Shown here piece by piece: positions 1 to 10,014 of a stretch of 23,248 bases of DNA. Each line of letters begins with the position of its first letter. The stretch's first letter is position 1. The notes beneath the pieces are model-generated. The model did no database searches. It saw nothing but the letters and a program-made list of their open reading frames with translations, and was not told where the DNA came from. The stretch is from Psammoneis japonica (lineage: Eukaryota), in the NCBI GenBank assembly GCA_008632985.1, contig QPGO01000139.1, positions 186,001 through 209,248 of the forward strand, given 5' to 3'. The position numbers and the translations under genes were made by a program.

Positions 1-128
1 AACCATCTTGAGTTTGAGAAGCAAGCAGCTGCTGCTTGAAGCAATGCTCTGGCTTTTTTTGCTGCTCCTGTTCACTGCTTGATGTGGAGCAAGATGTTGT
101 GCTCAACAAGCCAGTGCCCAGTCATTGC

Positions 129-393
129 TGTTGGAGTTTCACAGCTTGCCAGCTGGCACACGTTTGGTCTCACTGACTCCAAACTCACTGAGCAGCTCAC
201 AAACACATTCATGTTGCTGTCCACTGCTGTTGCCATGTTGACCGGGTGCAGAAGCTAAAAAGTCAGCACAAGGCCAGCAACCCAAACTGAGTTGCAAATG
301 CAAATTCAACAAGTCATCCACAATCACCAGTGTGTCTCACACTGCAACTTTGTCTTTCTGCCTGTCCTGCAAAAACCACCTCTGGCCCTGATG
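129..393. repeat. LTR-like repeat, left copy (lacks the last 8 bp of the right copy)
   Basis: Starts TGTTGGAG and aligns colinearly with 9640-9900 (first 30 nt identical, one 4-nt indel). Preceded by ATTGC at 124-128. Confidence 0.85.
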
Positions 394-699
394 CGAGAGC
401 GACACTTGGAGACCATGCCACCCAACACCACTTTGACTGCTCTGCTTGCTCCTGTGACCCACATCATCCAACTCTGCCAACAAATGGCCTGCTGTCTGGA
501 CAATTCTTCCTCACATGCCCAACCTTGCTGCATTTCCAGCATTTGGTCTGCTTCCTCTCATTCTGCACAAAGCTTGTGCCCTCACCAGGTTTTCTTGTTG
601 GCCCTGCAGGTGCCCAAAACCTGCAATGCCCCCTCAGCTGATTGGAGCAAATGTCAACCCCACATGCAAGCTGTCAGTGTGGGTCTTTCAAGACATTGT

Positions 700-1400
700 G
701 CCAACATTTCTTGGCACCTTCCATCAGCATCGCTGCTGGCAACTTGCTCTTTTCTTTGTTCTGGGTGTCATCAGCATCCTTGCTGAACCACAACCTTTTT
801 TCTTGGTGATTTTTTCTGGGGGACAACCCTGCCATGGGATGTTTCTGCCATCTCAACAATGCTCGTGAGCTGATTCTGGTGATCTTCAAGTGCCTCCACT
901 TGAAACAAGATTGGCTGGAGAGTTTGGCGCAGCCCTGCCACTCCCCACTCTTCAAGACTCCCCCACAAGCTCCGCCGCCATTTCAATCTTGTGACAAACA
1001 GCCTTTGCACATTGTCCCGCCATTGCATCAAATGCCTTTGCCCTCCACATCTCACAGATTGCACTCTGTTTTGTGCAGCGACTGCATTGCTTGCTCCAGA
1101 TTGCCTTGTCCTTCTCTGATGTGGTGTCTCCCCGTGGATGATCTGGCTCTTCTGGCATGCTCTCCTGCCTCAGAGATGTCATGTTGCCTGCATCTGGGCC
1201 CAAACATTCTTCCGACATGCTCGCCAATCTTCCTCATGGTTTCTGTGCAACCATCTGCCTGTCATCCTGACTCAGCAATGGCTTCACACACCCGCTCCCT
1301 TAAATCTTTCTTGCTTCCGAACTCAGCTGTGTCCTTGCCTGCATTTTCCAGGACTTGTGTTGGAGCATCACCGCTCACCGACAGCCACACGTGGGGCACT
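700..1400 (-). pseudogene. Degenerate Ty1/copia-type gag remnant
   Basis: Broken minus-strand frames read ESG*QADGCTETMRKIGEHVGRMFG and AKAFDAMAGQCAKAVCHKIE. These resemble, from memory, the diatom copia Gag motifs 'Y.KT..KI.EYVGR.YG' and 'K.F..I.GQC...MK.K.E'. Boundaries approximate. Confidence 0.45.
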
Positions 1401-1483
1401 GTTGAATGCAGTGACTCCGAAAGGCGATGTGCCATGTTGGTTGTCTTTTTGTTGGGTGCTGCATTGCGCCGCACAAAAAAAAT

Positions 1484-1610
1484 GCACGCATGTCACAGTG
1501 GTGAACAAAGAGTTAAACTACATTAGCAGTTTTCTGCTCGACATTTTTGTTCTCACAGGGAAAAAAGGCGTGCATGTCGCTGTGGTAAACAAACACCTGG
1601 TAAGAGTTAA
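1484..1610. repeat. Short imperfect direct duplication, each copy followed by GAGTTAA
   Basis: gcacgcatgtcacagtggtgaacaaa (1484-1509) vs gcgtgcatgtcgctgtggtaaacaaa (1568-1593). GAGTTAA at 1510-1516 and 1604-1610. Confidence 0.7.
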
Positions 1611-1892
1611 TGGAAAATGCTGGAAGTGACATGCGTGTGCCAAACAGCCCTTCCCACACAATGCGGAGCGGTGTCTCATCCGTTTTGGAATGTTTTCGAT
1701 GAGCACCACAGATGCCATCAATGTGAGTGCCGTCATCACAATGCCGTGCATCCATCGACGCGACCTGCCATGCCGCAGTCTTTGAAGAGTGCGATTGTAA
1801 GGTCACAGTCGGTTAGAAATCATTCCACGAAGAACTCACCAGTCCGACGCAAATCGCACACCGCGAGCATTGTCTTAATTGTCCTTGCCCTC

Positions 1893-4800
1893 CTATGCAC
1901 TGACGGCAGGCCACGCGCTGTCTTCGCCATTCGCGGCATCATCATACTCATGTTCTCTGAACTGCTGAACAATGCCATCAATCTCTTTGTACCTGTTTTG
2001 ATCAGTCAGAAGCAACCGCAGAATCTTGACTTTGTCATCGTTATAGGAGGCGTCTGCATCCAAAACACTTGTGCGCGCACAAGCAAAGCTCTTGGGCCCG
2101 GCCACAAGGGTCTTCGACGGATATTTCTTGAACTCGTTGGCATAGATCACCTCGCATACGCACCAAAGCCGGCGGTAGAGGTCGACTTTTGAATTTCGCA
2201 AAACAAGGAATTCCTCCGCTTTTTTCAGCGCCTTGACAAACGGCGAATCGTCGAGTGAGACGTTCAATTGGTTTCCAACGGTGCCCTCGTCACCTTGTAA
2301 AAGGGCAAAGGAGCAAATCCAGAGATTTGGCTTCGTCGTCCTTTCGAGAAACGTTCTACGAATGGAGTCAACGAAAACACAAAACTCTTCATCCCAGGCG
2401 TGTGTAACAAAAACGTCTACCATTCGCCCCTGGGGATTCAAGTGAAGAGCGTACGATGTTCCTTTCTCATTGCAGACAGGTGTGACAATGTCTTTCACAA
2501 CATCTCTCATGGTCTTTTCGTGGTATCTGGCTCCGTACTTCTGCTTAGCCTTGTCGTGCAACGCCATTAGCTGCTTATACGCTATTGACCACATTTCAGG
2601 GCACTTTTGTAATTTTTCGTTGGTATCGGATCGGTGTGCTGTTGCAATGCTGGAGTTGATATCCCGAGAATACCCATCGCTGTCTTCCGCTTGATCTGAT
2701 TCATCATCTTCTAGGAGCCTTTCTTTCAATTTCCTTAGCGATAGTTTCGGGGGTAGACTAGAAAGCCGCAACAAACAGTCGCATGCACTTGAATCAGTGC
2801 CTTGAGCTTTCATGATATAGTAGTCTCCGTTCAAGCTTATTTCGTAGGCCGTTCCCATGCCTAACCAACAGCTTCTCTGCGATGACTTTACATTCAAGTT
2901 GATGGCAATTAGAGTGCTGCTTGTCTCCAAGTAATTCACGCGGCAAATTAGCTTATCTTCCATTGCATCGGCAAGCCTCTTTATCTCCGTAACGGATACG
3001 ATGCGGGCAACTCTTGGGTCTTCGTCTGATACGAACTTTGTCAACTCGTCTGCAGCAACGTGGGCATCCCGTCCAGTCACCTTCTTCTCAATCGTCGAAA
3101 AGAGCTGTTCAACGTAGTGTCCAACGAACTGAAACGACGAGCTTGTTGGTGTGCTTGTCAAAACCTTCTCTTTTTGCCCACCACCGTGGAGATGTAGCAC
3201 TAAGGTTACTTCATCATCGGATTGTAAATCATAGTTGGAAAACGACATCCAGTCCAAAAGCTCTGAATCGCCCTTGCACAGATGTTGATGCTCAGTGGGA
3301 ATCCGCAGTTGTCTCTCGATTTGTTTTTTCAGAGCAATAACTGGATCCAACGGTCTCAGTCGGAATCGCGTGGTCGTGCTATCCATCATTGTCCTTACTA
3401 CTATATCAATTGGGGGTAACTGTTCCGAATCTATTGCAAGATTTCTGTTTTAAACAAGACAAAGAAGGACGTACGAAACGATGAGCCCCTATCAGTCGTG
3501 CAAGCCCCGCAGAAGCTACTACACCGACAACAACGACCGTATCACATATGCTTGCACTTACACCAAGTTTAGCAAGTTGTCCAGTTCTCGTTCCTTGCCA
3601 TTCTGAATGACGCGGATGCCACCTTCCTTTATTCCACTCTCTGCCACAACAACATTGTTAGAAAGAGATTCGCCCCTACACGAAAGCTGCTGTTGATCCG
3701 TAGGAATTCCCACCAAGTCAAAAACTTCTTTTTTCACATCATGTATTGTGCTTGAATATTTTACACGATCAACCACAATGATATGGTTCGTGCCCTCCAT
3801 GACTACCACCGAGAATTCTGTTTCAGTGAATTCCGAGGTGTGTATACCTCGCATCTGTCTTCTTGTGCTATCTGACACTAAATTCTTGTCCCGATCGATG
3901 TCATCTGGCAAAAGATACTCAAAATTGCTGAGAGATTTTGTAGCTGGTGGTGGTCCAGGCTCGCAGACAGCACCCGGCAGTATCGATGCATCTCTGACTA
4001 AGAGTGGTCTCGTCGACGAAGCGCTCGATGATGGACTGGCTGAAGCAACACCGCCTACATCGGTATGACTTTTTAAGCTGTCCAACACTTGGTTCGCACG
4101 CTCAGCGCATCGATCGGGAAATCTGTTTGCGGCTAGTGTCATCAGAGTGAGCAGCTCTGACGTGCTCTTTCGAATCAGCACGGCATTGTCAGCAGAGAGC
4201 AAAAAGTTTCTCATCGCAACGCAAGCGTGTTCTTGAAGCTTCCAAGAGTCAGGGAAACGTCGCATCGCAGATATTATTGCACTTATTTCACCTTCGGTAG
4301 CAATCATCACTTCGTTGGTGTGGACGTTCACAGCTAAGCTGGATAACGCTCGACATGCTTCAACCTGCAACACCTCTGAATCGTAGTGGGACCACATTGC
4401 GAAAACAATAGCATCCACCCCTCCCGCATCCCGAATTAAGTTCTTGTTACGAGAATTTGAAGAAAGCGTGCATAAACACCCACAGGCCTGCTTTTGAACC
4501 ATTTCGTAGTTGATGTTTGCCATCATTCCGTTCACTACAAGTCCAATTCCGCCTGCGTCCGCGATGACAACTTGGTTTTGCTCCAACACGGCCAGGCTCC
4601 ACAAGGTAGTGAACGCCCTCTCGAGCACGGTCGGAGCTCCCATGAATTCCTTCATTGACGCTGTCACCGCATGGATACCCCCAACTTGAGCTATTTCTCT
4701 CTTCGCGGCCGAATTTCTCATCGCGACATTCTGCAAAACTCCAAGTCCCTTCTCTTGAAATCCTTGAGCGTCTGGGTGATACCTCATAAGGTCCACAACG

Positions 4801-7800
4801 GTCTGCACAGTACTCGTGTCAGCTATAGCTTGCTCCTCTATGTCGGATGAAAGATTCAAAAGAGCAGCGCAAGCTCCTTCAATGAGCTCAACATTGTCTC
4901 TGTTCCTTGGTGTTTTCATGGCATTTACAACCAAAATGAGTCCTCCCTGTGACGAAATCAGCATCCTGGACTCGTGGTCGACGCTTAAATGCGACAAAGC
5001 CTTACATGCATCCATTTGAATGCGGTCGTTCTCGGTGAAAACCGCCAAAGCGCTAACAAGCATATCGATTCCATCAGTCTCGGCTATACAAAGATTGACC
5101 TGGAGATTCTCAGTCGAAGAAAGAACAGCGAGAATGGAACAACCCCTTTCTTGGATACCTTCTGACGATTCGTGCTCGACCATCGTGTCAATTACTACCA
5201 CTATGCCTCCACATTGAATAACCATGCCTTCGTCGATCAACGATAAGTTGAATATCACATCCATAGCCTTCTCTTTCAACTCGATTCGATCCCGGTCGTG
5301 CTCCAGTATCATATATATTATAGCAATGACGGCGTCGACATCAGAGTTATCGAGCTGGTATGAGTGTTCTCGCATGGCCGTTGTGATGGAGACAAGTGCC
5401 CGCATTCCCTCAAATTGCAAATCTGTCTCCCCTCGGTACAGAGACATGGCGCCAACAATTGACTTGAACATCTTCTCCAACAAAGACGACGACTGCTTCT
5501 GCTGCTTGGCTACTAAAGCCCATAAAACGCCAAACGCCTCCAGCCTTAAAGACACCTCCTCAGAGCGCTGGTCGATTATTGCCGTAACAGCGTTAACTAG
5601 CACCTCACCCTTCATGGCATTGGAGCTCGGCTTGGAACCAAGCAACAGATTTCTAAGTACCTTGCAGGAAAGTTTCCGTGAGGCTTCGGATTCCAGTTTC
5701 GTCTCCATCGCATCTACTATTGCATTGACGCACTCTGGAGGTAATATCGCAGGCTTCCCGCTGTCGGCTACCGCTAGGACAGAAATAAGCTCCATTGCTC
5801 GGCATGCGGAGGGCTCCGATTCAGACTCCTGCAGGATCTCAGTGGCAGCATCAAGACAACTACATGCCACTAGAGCCTGCCTGTTCCTTTCAGACGACGT
5901 CGCAATCGCACAAAGCGCAGAACACAACCCCACCCGACCAACTGGGCCGCTGTTGAGCGCTGCATCGACGAGATCCTCCATAAGCTCAGAATCCATTGAT
6001 CTTGACGGAGATTGAATAGAAAGGTATGCAAGCGCACGGCTAGCTTCTTCGCAAACTGAAGGGTCAGGCAGGTCCAACGACAATGCCCGAATCGGAATCT
6101 CCGATGGTAGATCAGATACTTCTGTGATCTGCGCAACAGCAACGTTCGCAACGAAGGCGCAAGCTGCGGCTTGCAGCGGAGCCGAATCTAAGTGGTGGTT
6201 AGTACCGAGAATCAGCGCCTGAAAAGCATCCGGCAGGCATTCTTGTAGAACGGGCGGCACAGCAGCAGAGAAAGCCCAAAGGAGGTGACTTCCAGCTTCC
6301 ATGATCCCCCTGTTGGCCGGAAATTTCACCATTGCGCTCACCACGGCTTGGATTCCGTGGGCTTCGTTGATACATATCTTGCAATCCTTTCCGACGGCGG
6401 CCATCGTTGAAAGGAATCCACAACACGCTTCTTGCAAAGATTCGATTTCGTCGTTAGGTTCTAATACCATAATGCGTGCCGTCGCGAAGATACCCTCTGT
6501 CGCACTTTTTGTCGCGATGTTGTCATTCCTTATCCCCAGAAGCTCACATAAAAGTGACACAGTCATTTCAAACAATCCAGGAGTCGTAGACGGTGCCTTC
6601 ATCAGATCTGTACACATAACAACTCCGTCTTCATCCTTGATCTTTTTCAAAACTTTCTTTGTTGCATCACTGTCTTCCTGGTCAAGCAAACGCCATAGTA
6701 GTTTCATTGCCCACTCTTCCACAAAAGGCTCCTTTTTTACATTTTTCATCGCCTTTGTAACAGATGAGACGACTTTAGCATCGATAGCAGCAGCAATGTT
6801 GCTTCGTATCACTCCCTTCCCTTTTTCAAGATATTCAGGGTCTTCGTCTGAAAAGTGAACAAGGCTATGCATCGAACGACACGCCCACTCCAACACCACG
6901 CCAGAACTTGCATTAACGGTCAAGATCCTGGCAATGGCTTCAATTCCCCTTGCTCCAGCGATCGCCTCCATGTCCTCGGGGAAACTAGCAAGGCACGCAA
7001 GTAAGCCCAATGCCCAGGGCATATAATCAATCTCTTTCTGCATTCGGGAATTTCGAAGGGACTCGACAACGATCTGGGCGACCCTTGTTTCACTTGCCAC
7101 GGACATGCTCTCGTCGCTAACAGCTACTAATGCCCACATTGCACCGCATGCTGCAGCCATCACTCTGGCATCCGCCACGTACGTGCCCATGAGGTCTCTA
7201 ATATCATACACCGCTTGGTTCTGTTCGTCCGGCGACGGCGTTTCTTGCAAAGTTGGCCCGAAATTTCTCAGCTTGTGCAACTTGCGTCGCACCAGAATCG
7301 CATCGCCTTTTATTCTGGGGTCACGGAGATCCGCAAAGATCTCCGACGTGCTTTCTTCCGTCCTGCCGCCGGTGTAATCCTCTTCTGCAACCCTGAGCGG
7401 AGGTTGTTTCGGCTGGATATGCCGCGAAGACGTACCTGATTTAAACATTTTTGAAGATTCAGGAGCGGGTCTATGGGATGATTCTGAGGCTGAACGATGA
7501 AGAATAAGTTCTGAGGCTGATCGGCGTTGGCGACCGTGTTCGGAAGCTGGTCGAAGATGACTGTGAGAAGAATCTCCGAAGTGTCGGTTAGAAGCATCGG
7601 ACACGTGTCGGTGTGATGATTCTGGTTTGTGTCTACTGGATGGATCCTGCACGTGTCTCCTGGACGAGGACGACACGTAGTCGGAGTACCAGTTAAATGA
7701 TGAATCTGCCATGTGTCGATGGGAAGGATCTGCGATGTCTCGTGTTGATCTTGGCCGGTGGCGCCGTGCACTATCACGTGAAGTAGAGCCTCCACGTCTA

Positions 7801-8090
7801 TCATCACGCGGAAAAGCTTGCATGTATTGGGTGTGAATGTGGGCCGGTACCGTATCAGCGTTGCAGCGAATGCAAGTGCCGTTGTAAACGTGATCGTTGC
7901 TGAGCGGTTTCATCTTCAAATACTTTTTCTCATGAGTCTTGACACCGCACCGAAGACACACTCCTCTCCTCTTTGCTATACTTTCACGTTCTGCTTGGCT
8001 GAGGGCTGTTCCGTGCTTGTCGAAATACGGAATAGCGTTGCTGTTCTGGATATTGTTGAGTTCATCGTATGGATTAGGTAGACCGGACAT
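1893..8090 (-). CDS. 2026-aa multidomain protein: N-terminal CxxC motif pair, armadillo repeats, two ubiquitin-like domains, C-terminal HET/TIR-like domain
   Basis: Exons 8090-3562 and 3444-1893. A 117-bp phase-2 intron (3561-3445, GTAAGT...TTTTAAAACAG) joins the 1510-aa and 498-aa ORFs in frame (..NLV-NLAIDSEQLPPIDIVVRT-MMDS..). Motifs: CLRCGVKTH..GTCIRC; many ARM units (e.g. GGIHAVTASMKEF, VQKQACGCLCTL); Ubl1 IHDVKKEVFDLVGIPTDQQQL; Ubl2 LKKQIERQLRIPTEHQHL..LVLHLHGGG; then FVTHAW, LWICSFALLQ, SPF, RRLWCVCE. Confidence 0.88.
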
Positions 8091-8340
8091 TCTGAAGATT
8101 GAAAGCGATTCGATTCGTTAAGAAGCCAACTCTCAGGCTGTGTGCCAACCGAAGCTTAAAAGCCTGCTCTGCTTCACCAAAATCCCATCGGTTCGAACAC
8201 ACTCAAAAAGTTGGAAATCATGTGCGGATTTTGTTTGGGCTCCTCCTGTGCGTACCGTGTATCATAGGGCTAGGGTACCGGTAGCCAATTGGTATGAGTT
8301 GTTCTGACCTTCTTCCGTCGCACCTCCCGTCCCGCGCCGC

Positions 8341-8348
8341 GCGCGAAA
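8341..8348 (-). promoter_or_regulatory. Possible E2F-type site upstream of the ARM gene
   Basis: TTTCGCGC on the minus strand (fits TTTSSCGC), in a CG-rich patch about 250 bp upstream of ATG 8090. Short motif, could be chance. Confidence 0.25.
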
Positions 8349-8699
8349 TCCATGACGTTGGACGCTGTTGATCTGCTCTGTACGTTGTGCACATGTTGCA
8401 GCCTTAGAGTTGCACTGGCTAGTCTTTTTAATCAATGCACTGCTGTTGAGGATGTCACTCGCTGATGGATGGAATTGTTTCTTTGCGAATCAGTCGTCGA
8501 ACGAGAACTCCTGTCGCGAGCTCGATGACTGTTCTCGTCATCCATTTCAGTGCAACTCAAATGAGACATGGCATTTCCAGGTGTGCATGCCAAGCAACCA
8601 GTGACCCTGTCTTGCTGCACAACTGCATGGAAATTGGCAGATCAAGATTGTAGCTGGCAGATTCGTTCCGCGCACTTCTCGTTGACGTGGGTTGTGACG

Positions 8700-9480
8700 T
8701 GCGTGCGCCCCACGCTGCTGCAGGTGAACCCCGGAAAACTTCTTTGAGATCATTGAGATCAGTGCTCCAACCTGAAACAGCATCAAGAATGTCACCTCAA
8801 TGGAAGACATCAAAAACATCACCCCTCTGGCTTGGTCAGGATCTGCAAACAAGGCCAAGCTCCATTGCGTCACCAGGCTTCCCCTGTTGTTGCTCGTCAG
8901 CAGATTCCACAAAGAAGACAACCAGCGGTTTTGGCAACCTCATTGATCACAGCATTCATGCCCACCTTCAATGACTGTGACCAAGTGCATGATGGAGACA
9001 AGAGCTGCAAGAAGGCACCACTTTTCTGTGGGCTGTGTGGCTCATGAGAAGATGCCTGCTTTTGCTCAAAGCACACCACTTCAAACGAGGTGGTTGTTCT
9101 CCAACAGCTCACTGACCTCCTTGACAAGCACGTTGTTTCCACCAGTGCAAAAACCAAACCCCCAAGGTCCAGCTTCAGATGCCTCAATGCAAGGTGTCAC
9201 TTCCAGTGTTGCCAAACTCACGACCCACCTCCTGCTGTCGTCTGATCACTCTGACTGCAATGATCGACTTCAGAGCAAATCGAACAACTTCAAGAAGCTG
9301 GCTCTCAAAGCACAACAGATGATTCTGTTTGGATCTTCAGTTGATGGAGACACCAGCCCCAATGGCACTCAACAATGACATCTTGCAATGTGAGGATGGA
9401 CTGGGGCCCTTCAGAACTCCACAACCCTCTCCAACACAGCCAACAAGGCCCTCCAGAGATTGTTTTTTTTTTTTCACCCT
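8700..9480 (+). pseudogene. Degenerate transposon-like ORF remnant (possibly ORF1 of a DIRS/Ngaro-type element)
   Basis: Tyr-free, frameshifted segment containing FKKLALKAQQMILFGSSVDGDTSP, which loosely resembles diatom retroelement ORF1 sequences as I remember them. Family assignment is weak. Confidence 0.3.
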
Positions 9481-9534
9481 CGTCCAGCCGGGCAGCTTGT
9501 TTGCCACAATCCACTGACATGAGATGTGCCTTTG

Positions 9535-9596
9535 GATTCCTGTTGACTTTCCAGCCTTTGACTGTAGATCCCTGTTGACTTTCTAGCCTTTGAATG
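9535..9596. repeat. 32-bp tandem duplication
   Basis: gattcctgttgactttccagcctttgactgta followed by gatccctgttgactttctagcctttgaatg. Confidence 0.9.
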
Positions 9597-9639
9597 ACGC
9601 CACTCCTTTGAGTGTCATGCCGTCACTTTTTGGCTTCTG

Positions 9640-9908
9640 TGTTGGAGTTTCACAGCTTGCCAGCTGGCATGCATTTAGTCTCACCAACTCTGAGCTCACC
9701 AAGTGGCTCACAAACATGCTCCCATTGCTGTTAACCACCATCACCATGTCAGCCGGGTGCAGAAGCTAAAAAGTGAGCACAGGACCTGCAACCCAAACTG
9801 AGTTGCAAACACAAATTCACCATGTCATCCACCATTGTCAGTGCATCTTACACTGCAACTTTGTCTGTCTGTCCTGTGAAAACTGCCTCTGACCCCAATG
9901 TTCCAACA
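9640..9908. repeat. LTR-like repeat, right copy (269 bp, complete termini)
   Basis: TGTTGGAG...TTCCAACA, i.e. TG..CA with a 7-bp terminal inverted repeat typical of copia LTRs. Followed by ATTGC. Confidence 0.85.
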
Positions 9909-10014
9909 ATTGCATCTCAGCAGGTGCAAACAACACATTGCAGTTTTTGCATGGGGGGTGCATGCCAAGTTGGGGGGGTCTCAATTGGTGCAGTGCCACT
10001 CTTTCACAGACAAG

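Larger units (their letters stand above)
129..9908. mobile_element. Putative decayed LTR retroelement (copia-like) bounded by two LTRs, enclosing an intact gene
   Basis: Direct repeats at both ends, outer termini TGTTGGA...TCCAACA, and an identical 5-bp flank ATTGC at 124-128 and 9909-9913. No clear PBS, PPT or pol found. Confidence 0.6.

Noticed and set aside
139..1806. Many overlapping ORFs of 60-230 aa on both strands, rich in Cys/His and lacking Tyr
   Set aside because: Loss of TA removes TAA/TAG stops and Tyr codons, which inflates ORF length in all frames. These are artefacts of the decayed repeat.
1893..3389. 498-aa ORF as an independent gene
   Set aside because: A canonical intron joins it in frame to the upstream ORF and supplies the first strand of Ubl2 (IDIVVRT).
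3748..7377. Plus-strand ORFs up to 263 aa
   Set aside because: Antisense shadows of the ARM gene.
7440..7740. Quasi-repeats of (D/E)xSxRH in the ARM protein N-terminus
   Set aside because: Low-complexity disordered linker with no regular DNA period.
9535..9596. CRISPR-like repeat
   Set aside because: Only two adjacent units with no spacer, in a eukaryotic context.
9600..9639. PBS or polypurine tract next to the right LTR
   Set aside because: No convincing tRNA complement or purine run on either strand, so element orientation stays unresolved.
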